DNA of 64,000 nucleotides from an uncultured delta proteobacterium (GTDB lineage Bacteria; Myxococcota; Kuafuiibacteriia; Kuafuiibacteriales; Kuafuiibacteriaceae): NCBI GenBank assembly GCA_963803435.1, contig CAWDML010000003.1, positions 576,001 to 640,000 of the forward strand, read 5' to 3'. Shown piece by piece: positions 1 to 12,665 of this stretch (position 1 is its first letter; each line of letters starts with the position of its first letter). The notes under the pieces were generated by a model. It saw only the letters and a program-made list of their open reading frames with translations, ran no database searches and was not told where the DNA came from. The position numbers and the translations under genes were made by a program.

Positions 1-360
<360 letters not shown>

Positions 361-361
<1 letters not shown>

Positions 362-1767
362 TGGTCGAAGACGCCAACATCGGGATGAAGAAGCGGACCC
401 GTCTGATCCACTTCGTCGGGATCGGCGGGATCGGGATGAGCGGCATCGCCGAGGTGCTGCTGACGCTCGGCTACCAGGTCCGAGGCTCTGATCTCAAGCA
501 CTCGGACACCACGAAGCACCTCCAGGATCTGGGCGGCGACATCCGGATCGGTCACGTGGCGACGCATGTCGATGGCGCGGACGTGGTGGTCGTCTCCTCC
601 GCGGTCGGCGCTGCCAACCCGGAGGTGGTCGAGGCCCGCCGCCAGAAGATCCCGGTGATCCGCCGCGCCGAGATGCTGGCCGAGCTGATGAGGTTGAAGT
701 TCGGGATCGCGATCGCCGGCACGCACGGGAAGACCACCACCACCTCGCTGATCGCGGCGGTGTTGTCTCAGGCCGGGCTCGATCCGACGATCGTCGTGGG
801 CGGCCGGGTCAACAAGCTCGGCACCACCGCGAAGCTGGGACAGGGCCCGTACCTGGTGGCGGAGGCCGACGAGTCCGACGGCAGCTTCCTGCACCTCTCG
901 CCGACGATCGCGGTGATCACCAACATCGATCCCGAGCACCTCGATCACTATCGGGGCGGCATCGACGAGATCCACGACGCCTTCGTCCACTTCGTGAACC
1001 GGATCCCGTTCTACGGCCTCCAAGTGCTCTGCCTCGATCACCCGGGCGTGCAGTCGATCCTCCCGCGCGTCGAGCGTCGCTTCACCACCTACGGAATGGG
1101 CGCGCAGGCCGACTTCGTGGCGCGCAACCTGAGCTTCGAAGGCACCAGGACCTCGTTCGAGGTGGTGCGCCGGGGCACCTCGATCGGGCGCTTCGAGCTC
1201 AACATGCTCGGCGAGCACAACGTGCAGAACGCGCTGGCCGCGCTCGCGACCGCCGAGGAGCTCGGCATCCCGGATCAGGTCGTGCGTGAGGCGCTCGCCG
1301 AGTTCGACGGCGTGGAGCGGCGGTTCTCGATCCGCGGCACCGTCGACGACGTGGTGGTGGTCGACGACTACGGGCACCACCCGGCGGAGATCCGCGCCAC
1401 GCTGGCGGGCGCGCGGCGCGCCTATCCGGAGCGCAGGTTCGTGGTGGCGTTCCAGCCGCATCGCCACACCCGCACGCGCGATCTGATGGATGAGTTCGCC
1501 ACGGCGTTCAACGAGGCCGAGGTCCTCTACCTCACGCCGATCTATGCCGCCGGCGAGGCGGAGATCGAGGGGGTCACCGTCGAGCGGCTGATCGAGAAGA
1601 TCCGCGGCTTCGGTCACCGCGACGTCCGAGCCGCGGCCAGCGTCGACGAGGTGATCGGAGCGCTCGCCCTGGAGGCGCGGCCGAACGATCTGATCCTGGC
1701 GTTCGGCGCCGGCGACATCGGCAAGACGGGCAAGGCGTTGGTCCAGGCGCTGGAAGGCAGAAAGTGA
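361..1767 (+). CDS. murC: UDP-N-acetylmuramate--L-alanine ligase
   Basis: [43 protein letters not shown] and FQPHR motifs; ATG at 361 overlaps the murG stop (TGATG). Confidence 0.97.
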
Positions 1768-2190
1768 TCGAGCGGGGCGAGATGGTCATGGGATCGAAGA
1801 ACGGGATCGATCGTTTTCGGGATCTAGAAATCGCCTACAACGGATCTGATGTGGTCGCAGATGCGATCGCGACCAGCACAATTTTTTTGATCCTGGCAAG
1901 CGCACCCCTTTCATCGCGGTCGAAAAAGGTTTACCCTCCGCATGGGTCGGGGTGTGAAAGGCTTCATCTTCGATGCCTATCTCAGCGGGATCAGCGGTGG
2001 TCATGAGCGGCAAGTGCGGTTGATGGGGCAGGGCGATCGATCGGCGACGGCGCGCGACGATCTCCGACAGTTGGGATCCGGCGATCTCGGCAAACGATCA
2101 GGGATCGATCGGCTGCAGTTTCGGATCGAAATTCGCGGAGGGCAGGGACTGTGACGAGCTCGATCATCAGCCACCACTCGCTCATGGATC
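1766..2190. promoter_or_regulatory. GATC-dense intergenic region, probable regulatory region of ftsQAZ
   Basis: 20 GATC sites in ~425 bp, in two clusters around a GATC-free core with A/T tracts; the small ORFs here lack the local codon style. Confidence 0.5.
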
Positions 2191-3038
2191 GCGCGAAGGT
2201 GCGCGGCGTCCGCGAAGGACGAAGAAATCGAAAGCGTCAAGAGCGAACTCGCGCGCCGAGGAGAGTACTGTCCGGCGCGAGCAAGTTGGCTTGCGGGATC
2301 GGTCTTCTCGGCGCGGCGGTTTACGGTTGCCATGCGCTCCATCGGTTCGCGACCACCAGCGCGCGGTTCGCGATCCAGAGCGTGGTGGTGACGGGCCACG
2401 TGCGCGCGACGGCCGACTCGATCGCGAAGCTCTCCGGCGCCGAGCCCGGGACGAACATCTTCGCGCTCGACCTCGACCGGATGAAGCGCGCGGTCGAGGC
2501 GCACCCCTGGGTGAGGTCGGCGATCGTCACGCGGAGCTTTCCGCGCACGGTCGAGATCAAGGTGATCGAGCACGAGCCCAAGGTCCTGGTGGCGCTCGGC
2601 CACCTCTACTACGCGGACTCGGACGGCGACGTGGTCAAGCGGTTCACGCCGGGCGAGCGCGAGGAGCTCCCGGTGGTGACCGGGCTGACGCGGGATCAGA
2701 TCGAGACCGACGACGGCGAGGCGAGGAAGCAGCTGCGGTCGGCGATCGACTTCCTCGCGCAGATGGCGGACCGCTTCGGGACGCGCGCGCCGCGGGTCGC
2801 CGAGGTGCACCTCGATCCGGCGCTCGGCCTCTCCTTCGTGGAGGCGAACGACAATCTGATGGTCGTCGTCGGCCACCCGCCGTTCGACGATGCGCTGGAT
2901 CGCCTGAGCCGGGTGAAGGCGCACCTCCAGGAGAAGCACGTGAAGGCGACGCGCATCATGCTGGGAGGACCACGCCGGAAGGATCGGGCGGTGGCGCGCC
3001 TGGTCAGCGGGCTGGCCCTGGCGGGCGGGGGAGAGTGA
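2151..3038 (+). CDS. ftsQ: Cell division protein FtsQ/DivIB (start uncertain, GTG 2151 or ATG 2184)
   Basis: Basic N-terminus, one TM segment, POTRA-like region (GTNIFALDL...HPWVRSAIVTRSFPRTVEIKVIE); upstream of ftsA. Confidence 0.9.
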   Translation: MTSSIISHHSLMDRAKVRGVREGRRNRKRQERTRAPRRVLSGASKLACGIGLLGAAVYGCHALHRFATTSARFAIQSVVVTGHVRATADSIAKLSGAEPGTNIFALDLDRMKRAVEAHPWVRSAIVTRSFPRTVEIKVIEHEPKVLVALGHLYYADSDGDVVKRFTPGEREELPVVTGLTRDQIETDDGEARKQLRSAIDFLAQMADRFGTRAPRVAEVHLDPALGLSFVEANDNLMVVVGHPPFDDALDRLSRVKAHLQEKHVKATRIMLGGPRRKDRAVARLVSGLALAGGGE

Positions 3039-3039
3039 G

Positions 3040-4266
3040 ATGGCGAGAAGAGAAAACATCGTCGTAGGGCTGGATATCGGGACGACGAAGATCTGCGCGA
3101 TCGTCGGAGAGGTCTCCGAGGACGGGATCGACATCATCGGGATCGGTCAGGCGCCGTCGACCGGCATCCGGAAGGGCGTGGTCATCAACATCGCCACCAC
3201 GGTCGAGGCCATCGGGAAGGCGGTCGAGGAGGCCGAGCTGATGGCCGGGTGCGAGATCTCGAGCGTCTACACCGGCATCTCCGGCGGGCACATCCGCGGC
3301 TTCAACAGCCACGGGATCGTCGCCGTGAAGGACTCCGAGATCACCGAGCCCGACGTGACCCGCGTGATCGACGCGGCCAAGGCAGTCGCGATCCCGATGG
3401 ATCGGGAGGTGATCCACATCCTGCCCCAGGAGTACATCATCGACGATCAGGACGGCATCAAGGAGCCGCTCGGTATGCACGGCGTCCGGCTCGAGGCCAA
3501 GGTCCACATCGTCACGGCCGCCTCCACCTCGGCGGCCAACATCATCAAGTGCGCGAACCGGACCGGCCTCAGCGTGGAGGCGATCGTGCTCCAGCAGCTG
3601 GCCAGCGCCGAGGCGGTGCTGACCGAGGACGAGAAGGATCTCGGCGTCTGCCTGGTCGACATCGGCGGCGGCACCACCGACATCGCCATCTTCGCCGACG
3701 GCGCGATCGTCCACACCTCGGTGCTCCCGCTCGGCGGCAATCATCTGACCACGGACATTGCGCTCGGGATCAGAACACCGCAGAATGAGGCCGAGCAGAT
3801 CAAGCAGACCTTCGGCTGCGCGATGGTCGAGCAGGCCGAGCCGAACGAGATGATCGAGGTTCCGTCGGTGGGCGGGCGGAAGCCGCGCGCGCTGTCGCGC
3901 CAGATCCTGTGCGAAATCATCGAGGCCCGGGTGGAGGAAATCTTCCAGCTGGTGCGCGAGGAGATTCGAAATACCGCCTACGAGGACCTGCTGGCGAGCG
4001 GGGTGGTTTTGACCGGCGGGACCTCACGGCTTTCGGGAATTCAGGACATCGCCGAGGACGTGCTCGGGGTCCCGATTCGCCTCGGAAAACCGTACGGTGT
4101 GGGTGGTCTGGTCGACGTGGTTCGGAGCCCGGCGTTCTCGACGGGCGTGGGGTTGGTGCAGTACGGGGCGAAAAATCACGTCCGGACCAACGTCCGGACG
4201 CCCGACGCCACCCTGTACGGTCGAACAAAAAAGAAAATTGGGGATTGGCTGGGAGAGATCTTCTAG
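3040..4266 (+). CDS. ftsA: Cell division protein FtsA
   Basis: VGLDIGTTKI, DIGGGTTD, GVVLTGG motifs and C-terminal amphipathic helix. Confidence 0.97.
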   Translation: MARRENIVVGLDIGTTKICAIVGEVSEDGIDIIGIGQAPSTGIRKGVVINIATTVEAIGKAVEEAELMAGCEISSVYTGISGGHIRGFNSHGIVAVKDSEITEPDVTRVIDAAKAVAIPMDREVIHILPQEYIIDDQDGIKEPLGMHGVRLEAKVHIVTAASTSAANIIKCANRTGLSVEAIVLQQLASAEAVLTEDEKDLGVCLVDIGGGTTDIAIFADGAIVHTSVLPLGGNHLTTDIALGIRTPQNEAEQIKQTFGCAMVEQAEPNEMIEVPSVGGRKPRALSRQILCEIIEARVEEIFQLVREEIRNTAYEDLLASGVVLTGGTSRLSGIQDIAEDVLGVPIRLGKPYGVGGLVDVVRSPAFSTGVGLVQYGAKNHVRTNVRTPDATLYGRTKKKIGDWLGEIF

Positions 4267-4294
4267 CCGGGAGCACTGAGGAGGCCTGAGTTTC

Positions 4295-5476
4295 ATGTTC
4301 GAATTCGAAGAAGTTATCAAGAACGAGGCCGACATCAAGGTGATCGGAGTCGGGGGCGGCGGTGGAAATGCGCTCCGCACGATGATCAGCTCCGGCTTGC
4401 GGGGTGTCGATTTCGTCGCAGCCAACACGGATCTCCAGGCGCTTCGCGGCAGCCCGGCGTCGGCGAAGATCCAGCTCGGCCAGAACCTGACCAAGGGGTT
4501 GGGCGCCGGCGCGAACCCGGAGGTCGGCAAGAACGCGGCCCTCGAGGATCGGGAGCGGATCGCGGAGGCGATCGGGAACGCCGACATGGTGTTCATCACC
4601 GCCGGCATGGGCGGCGGCACGGGCACCGGAGCCGCGCCGGTGATCGCGGAGGTCGCCCGCGAGGTCGGTGCGCTCACCGTCGGCGTGGTGACGAAGCCGT
4701 TCGCGTTCGAGGGCCGGCGCCGCCAGCGTCAGGCGGAGGAGGGCATCCACGAGCTGCACCAGTTCGTCGACACCCTGATCACGATCCCGAACAACAAGCT
4801 CCTTCAGATCGCCGGCGAGACCACGTCGATGGTCGACGCCTTCCGCCGCGTGGACGACGTGCTGCTCAACGCGGTCAAGGGGATCTCGGATCTGATCAAC
4901 GTGGCAGGCCTGATCAACGTCGACTTCGCCGACGTCCGCACGATCATGTCGAATCAGGGCCTGGCGCTGATGGGCACCGGCTGCGGGAGCGGGGCCAAGC
5001 GGGCGCTCGAGGCCGCGCACGCCGCGATCCACAGCCCGCTCCTCGACGACATCGACATCCGCGGCGCGATGGGGATCCTCATCAACATCACGGGCGGCAC
5101 GGACCTCACGCTCCACGAGGTGAACGCGGCCTCCACCGCGATCGCGGAGGAGGCGCACGAGGACGCGAACATCATCTTCGGATCGGTGGTCGACGAGAAC
5201 TCCAACGACGAGGTTCGCATCACGGTGATCGCCACCGGCTTCGATCCGCCCAGCAAGCAGCGCGTGCTCGGCCGCGGTGTTGGGGTCCAGGCGCAGGTCC
5301 GGGCGAAGCCGGCCTCCCACCGCGTCGAGGATCGGGACATCCCGACCCACATCCGGCAGCGGTGGGAGTCGCAGCCCCGGGAGCGGGCGGTCTCCCGGAC
5401 GGATGTCCCGGTGATCGAGCCCGACGGCAACGCCCACCTCGACATCCCGACCTTCCTGCGGCGGCAGGCCGACTAG
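4295..5476 (+). CDS. ftsZ: Cell division protein FtsZ
   Basis: GMGGGTGTG tubulin signature, INVDFAD, C-terminal [12 protein letters not shown]. Confidence 0.99.
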   Translation: MFEFEEVIKNEADIKVIGVGGGGGNALRTMISSGLRGVDFVAANTDLQALRGSPASAKIQLGQNLTKGLGAGANPEVGKNAALEDRERIAEAIGNADMVFITAGMGGGTGTGAAPVIAEVAREVGALTVGVVTKPFAFEGRRRQRQAEEGIHELHQFVDTLITIPNNKLLQIAGETTSMVDAFRRVDDVLLNAVKGISDLINVAGLINVDFADVRTIMSNQGLALMGTGCGSGAKRALEAAHAAIHSPLLDDIDIRGAMGILINITGGTDLTLHEVNAASTAIAEEAHEDANIIFGSVVDENSNDEVRITVIATGFDPPSKQRVLGRGVGVQAQVRAKPASHRVEDRDIPTHIRQRWESQPRERAVSRTDVPVIEPDGNAHLDIPTFLRRQAD

Positions 5477-5528
5477 GCCGGCTTGCTCCGCTGGGGGTTG
5501 AGGTTTAAGGGGTGAGTCGGGTCTCGAG

Positions 5529-6887
5529 GTGCTGAAAGTCGACACCAGCCTGAACCACATCCCTGCCGGCCGCGAGCACGTCGTCTCGCTGTTCGAGTCG
5601 ATCAACCAGCCGCTGGTGAACATCCCCACCTACGGGACGGCCCCGACGGGGGCCTTCATCCTGGGGACCCGGAACGAATACGGCTACTACACGGTCTTCG
5701 TTTATCTGCATCAATCCGACACACGGGCGGTGGTCGTCTACGTGTCTGAGCCGCGAAGCCTCACGCCCGAGCTCTATCGAACCGAAGAGCAGGAGGCGAT
5801 CCGGTTCGTCGAGTCGATGGGGTTCATGGTCGACAACATCCATTTCCCGACGCTCGCCGCGTCGGAGCAGGAGGCGGTGATGGCCCGGATCCCGATGTTC
5901 CGGCCGCCGGATCCCACGATGAACCTCTACGAGATGGTGGACGAACAGAGTACGGGGATGCCCGAATCGATGTTCGGAGGGATGAGCCGGGCCGACAGCG
6001 ACGTGTTTCGTCGCGCCGGGCTCGATCCGCAGGCCGGCCGCCCGGTCTCCCGGCCGAACGTCGCGCTGTCCCCGGATGCGCTGGCGCGCCTGGGCAAGCT
6101 TCTCGGCACCTTCGCGCTCCTCGGCTGCCTCGCGTCGGCGGCGGCGGGCTGCCGTTCGGGCGGGGCCTCGGTGTCCATCGAGGATCGCAAGAAGATCGAG
6201 AGTTACATCGATCTCGGGAACCAATGTCTCATCCGCGGGGAGCTCGCCGACGCCATCCAGAACTTCGATCTGGTGCTGGAGGTGGAGCGCGAGAACCGCG
6301 ACGCGCTCCGGGGGAAGGGCATGGCGTACCTTCGGCTCGGCCGGCTCGAGGAGTCGGAGGGCTTCTATCGCCAGGCGATCGCTTCGGATCCGACGTGGTC
6401 GGAGCCGAAGAACGAGCTGGCGGTCCTGCTGATGGAGACCAAGCGTTGCGGTGAGGCGGAGCCGCTGCTGCTCGAGGTCAAGAAGGACATCTTCTACCGG
6501 ACGCCCGAATTTGCGGAGCACAACCTGGCCAAGGCCCTCGAGTGCCAGGGTCGCGACCAGGAGGCGATGTCGATCCTGGAAGAGCTGGTGCTGAAGCGAC
6601 CGCTCTTCTGCCTCGGATATCTCACGTTGGCGCAGCTCGCCGCACGCACGAAGCATCCCGAGACCACCATCGAGGCGTGCGACGGTTTCTTCACGAACTG
6701 CGAACAAAACGAGGAGATCAAAGAACAAATCTCTCCTGAACACATTGCGATGTGTTACCTTAAGAAAGGTATGGCACACGCGGCGATGGGAGATGTGGAG
6801 TCCGCCCGCGCATCGTTCAAGCGATGTCAGTCGAGCGGCACCTACGGATCCGAGTGTCGCCGATCGTTGAACTTGTTGCCCCCCTAG
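5529..6887 (+). CDS. Tgl/PilF-like TPR protein fused to an N-terminal myxobacterial domain
   Basis: C-terminal Cys-containing TPR repeats (DIFYRTPEFAEHNL), internal hydrophobic stretch ending in lipobox-like AAAGC; followed by HTH gene and recO. Confidence 0.7.
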   Translation: MLKVDTSLNHIPAGREHVVSLFESINQPLVNIPTYGTAPTGAFILGTRNEYGYYTVFVYLHQSDTRAVVVYVSEPRSLTPELYRTEEQEAIRFVESMGFMVDNIHFPTLAASEQEAVMARIPMFRPPDPTMNLYEMVDEQSTGMPESMFGGMSRADSDVFRRAGLDPQAGRPVSRPNVALSPDALARLGKLLGTFALLGCLASAAAGCRSGGASVSIEDRKKIESYIDLGNQCLIRGELADAIQNFDLVLEVERENRDALRGKGMAYLRLGRLEESEGFYRQAIASDPTWSEPKNELAVLLMETKRCGEAEPLLLEVKKDIFYRTPEFAEHNLAKALECQGRDQEAMSILEELVLKRPLFCLGYLTLAQLAARTKHPETTIEACDGFFTNCEQNEEIKEQISPEHIAMCYLKKGMAHAAMGDVESARASFKRCQSSGTYGSECRRSLNLLPP

Positions 6888-6903
6888 GCGCCGGAGAAGA
6901 CGG

Positions 6904-7263
6904 ATGACACAAGGCAGATTGAGTCAGCGCCTCAAGGAAGCTCTCGACCGCTCGAAGGTCGACGTCGACACCATCGCCGAGCGCACCAAGGTGCCGCGCG
7001 GCACGATCCGCAAGTTGTTGGGTGAAAACGTCTCGGCTGTTCTTCCCGAGCGCGTGTACCTCCGCGGCCAGGTCGGACTGGTGGCCCGCGAGATCGGTCT
7101 CGATCCCCAGGAGGCGCGCGCGCTCTTCGACGAAGAGAACCCCGTCGTCCGGATCCACACCGGCGATCTCGAGAATCCCCGCTTCGGTCCGGGCACCACG
7201 GTGCTCGCCGCCAGCCTCGGATGCATCGCGCTCCTCGCGATCGTCCTCGCATTTGTCAACTGA
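6904..7263 (+). CDS. RodZ-like helix-turn-helix protein with C-terminal TM segment
   Basis: IAERTKVP...LPERVYLRG motif typical of the RodZ N-terminal HTH; hydrophobic C-terminus. Confidence 0.75.
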   Translation: MTQGRLSQRLKEALDRSKVDVDTIAERTKVPRGTIRKLLGENVSAVLPERVYLRGQVGLVAREIGLDPQEARALFDEENPVVRIHTGDLENPRFGPGTTVLAASLGCIALLAIVLAFVN

Positions 7264-8005
7264 AGACGTCGAATCGATCGTGGTCGGCGGCGTCGACTAC
7301 GGCGAGGCCGACCGCGTCGTCTATCTCCTGACGGCGCGCGGTCGCATTGCGGTCTTCGCTCACGGCGCGAAGACCAGCAAGCGGCGTTTTCAGGGCGCGC
7401 TCGAGGCATTCACCACCATCATCGCGACGCTGTCGGAGTCGAAGAAGCGCCGCACCGGCATGCCCACCCTCGCGAACGCGATCGTCGAGCGCGCGCGGCT
7501 CCCGATCCGTCGCGATCTCAAGTCGATCGCGCTGGCGTCGTACGTGGCCGAGCTCTCGAGCAAGGTGGCGCCGGAAGGCGAGCCGTCCGAAGGAACGTTC
7601 GTGCTCGCCCGCGACCTGCTCGATCGCCTCTGCGACGATCCCGCGACGATGGCGCTCCGCCGAGCCTTCGAGCTGCGGCTGATCGCGGAGATCGGCTACC
7701 AGCCCGAGCTCACCCGTTGTGTCGTCTGCGGGGAGCCGGCCGCGCGCACGTTCCTCGACCTCAATCGGGGCGGCGTCCTGTGCGCGGAGCACCGGCAGAA
7801 CGCCCGCGAGGTGGGCCCGCACACGCTGAGCTGGACGCGCGCGGTCCTCGAGGCCCCCGCCCTGACCGTCGAGGGCGGCGACTTGGACGCCGACGGCCGG
7901 GACCTGGCCGCCCGGAAGCTGACGGGCCCGGTCACCGAGTTCTTCGCCCAGCTGCTGGATCGTCCGCTCGCGTCGCTCGCCTTGCTGGAGGCGGAGCGTC
8001 TGTAG
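7253..8005 (+). CDS. recO: DNA repair protein RecO (probable TTG start)
   Basis: DYGEADRVV, GAKTSKRRF, GYQPELTRCVVCG and GGVLC zinc-finger motifs; upstream of glyQS. Confidence 0.9.
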   Translation: MSTEDVESIVVGGVDYGEADRVVYLLTARGRIAVFAHGAKTSKRRFQGALEAFTTIIATLSESKKRRTGMPTLANAIVERARLPIRRDLKSIALASYVAELSSKVAPEGEPSEGTFVLARDLLDRLCDDPATMALRRAFELRLIAEIGYQPELTRCVVCGEPAARTFLDLNRGGVLCAEHRQNAREVGPHTLSWTRAVLEAPALTVEGGDLDADGRDLAARKLTGPVTEFFAQLLDRPLASLALLEAERL

Positions 8006-8017
8006 TAACCCGCCTCC

Positions 8018-11035
<3,018 letters not shown>

Positions 11036-11132
11036 TCCGACGCTGGCGCGCCCTGCGCGATCCGTCGCGTCATGCCCTCGGATCATGACTTGATTGTTGG
11101 ATATCCCGCGGTCGGGCCTCCTGGAGGGGTCG

Positions 11133-12170
11133 ATGAGCGCGATCCGGACGAAGCTGCAGGTCCTCCCTGGCCGTGACGCGTCCGCCACCGACGTCCGCGG
11201 CGCGGCCGCCTGCGGACTGGTGGGGCGCTCGGCCGCCATGCGCGCGCAGGCGGAGGCCATCGAGCGGGCGGCGCAGAGCGCGTGCTCCGTGCTGCTCTCG
11301 GGCGAGACGGGCACCGGCAAGGACATGTCGGCGAACGCCATTCATCAGCTGGGGCCACGGCGGGAGGGGCGGTTCGAGATCGTGGACTGCGGGGCGCTCG
11401 CGCCCGCGCTGATCGCGAGCGAGCTCTTCGGACACGAGCGGGGCGCCTTCACCGGCGCCGACCGGCAGCACATCGGCGCCTTCGAGCGCGCCGACGGCGG
11501 GACGCTGTTCCTGGACGAGATCGGTGAGCTTCCGCTCAACGTGCAGGCGACGCTGCTCGGCGCACTGGAGCGCCGCGCCTTTCACCGGGTCGGTGGGAGC
11601 AAGTCGATCTCGGTCGATGTCCGCTTGATCACCGCGACGCATCGCGACTTGGGCGCGGCCGTGGAGAAGGGCACCTTCCGCCGCGATCTGTTCTATCGAG
11701 TGGCGGTGGTCAGGCTCTCCGTGCCCCCGCTGCGCGACCGGCCCGATGACATCCCGCTCCTCGTCGAGCACTTCCTCCGGCAGGCGGGCTACCCAGGCGC
11801 GGTGGAGGCGCTGATCAGCCCGGCGATGATGCAGCGGCTGGTGGCGCACCGGTGGCCCGGAAATCTTCGCGAGCTCAGGAACGTGGCCGAGTCGATTGTC
11901 GTCACCGGCCAGGTGCCCCCGGACCTCGCCGTTTTGGAGGGACGGGCCCCGGTCCCCTGGGACGAGGAGGTGACGGCCACCTCGACGCCGCTCGAGCTGC
12001 TCGATCTTCCCTACGGCGTGGCCCGCAGCCAGGTGCTCGAGCAGTTCGAGAGCGCCTATCTGGATCGGCTGCTGAAGCAGTGCCAGGGGAACGTCTCGCT
12101 GGCGGCCCGCGAAGCGAAGATGTCGCGCTCTCACCTGGTCGAGCTGCTCAAGCGGCGACACTCGGCCTGA
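11133..12170 (+). CDS. Sigma54-dependent enhancer-binding protein without N-terminal regulatory domain
   Basis: GETGTGKD, ELFGHERGAFTGA, FLDEIGE, FRRDLFYR, WPGNLREL and C-terminal Fis-type HTH; only ~25-40 aa precede the AAA+ domain. Confidence 0.92.
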   Translation: MSAIRTKLQVLPGRDASATDVRGAAACGLVGRSAAMRAQAEAIERAAQSACSVLLSGETGTGKDMSANAIHQLGPRREGRFEIVDCGALAPALIASELFGHERGAFTGADRQHIGAFERADGGTLFLDEIGELPLNVQATLLGALERRAFHRVGGSKSISVDVRLITATHRDLGAAVEKGTFRRDLFYRVAVVRLSVPPLRDRPDDIPLLVEHFLRQAGYPGAVEALISPAMMQRLVAHRWPGNLRELRNVAESIVVTGQVPPDLAVLEGRAPVPWDEEVTATSTPLELLDLPYGVARSQVLEQFESAYLDRLLKQCQGNVSLAAREAKMSRSHLVELLKRRHSA

Positions 12171-12290
12171 GCTGTCCGACTCTCCGGACACCGCTCCACC
12201 GGACGATCGACCCGCGCTCTCACGAAAGCTCCCGGCGTATCGATCTGCGAGGCGGTGGATCGCTTGTTGCTCGACCGCTGGGTCGCGCCC

Positions 12291-12665
12291 ATGAAAACGC
12301 AGCCGCAACCCGCCGCTCTGGACTTCGACAAGTGCCTCTTGCTCGTGCGTGCGGTCCTCGGAGACCCGTCGAACGTCACCAGAGAATTCTCGATCGGGAT
12401 CACCACCACGTCGGGTCGACACCTGGTGATCGACTCCCGCGCCGATCCGATCGTCTCCCAGGACGACCGGCGGGAGACGGCGCTGGCGATCGTCACCAGC
12501 GAGGACACACTCTCCGCGCTGCTCACCGGGCGCCTGCAGACCAAGAGCGGAGGAGCGGACCCGTTGTTCGTGTGGGGCGGTGACCTCACGCAATGGACGG
12601 CGCTCGTCGACGCCGTCTCCACGTTCAGCACCGTGAGCGTCCGCCTGAAAGGAGCCGCGCGATGA
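12291..12665 (+). CDS. Small hypothetical protein, SCP2 (sterol carrier)-like fold suspected
   Basis: AIVTSEDTLSALLTGRL...LFVWGGDL resembles the SCP2 C-terminal pattern; ATGA-coupled to the next gene. Confidence 0.5.
   Translation: MKTQPQPAALDFDKCLLLVRAVLGDPSNVTREFSIGITTTSGRHLVIDSRADPIVSQDDRRETALAIVTSEDTLSALLTGRLQTKSGGADPLFVWGGDLTQWTALVDAVSTFSTVSVRLKGAAR

Noticed and set aside
1764-2185. Small ORFs between murC and ftsQ
   Set aside because: Atypical codon usage, mutually overlapping, no motifs; better explained as non-coding
1766-2190. Replication origin
   Set aside because: GATC-rich but no canonical DnaA boxes, no extended AT-rich unwinding element and no dnaA nearby
11044-11058. Sigma54 -24/-12 promoter (TGGCGCG-CCCT-GCGC)
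   Set aside because: GG-N10-GC spacing fits but the -12 element lacks TT; likely chance in high-GC DNA
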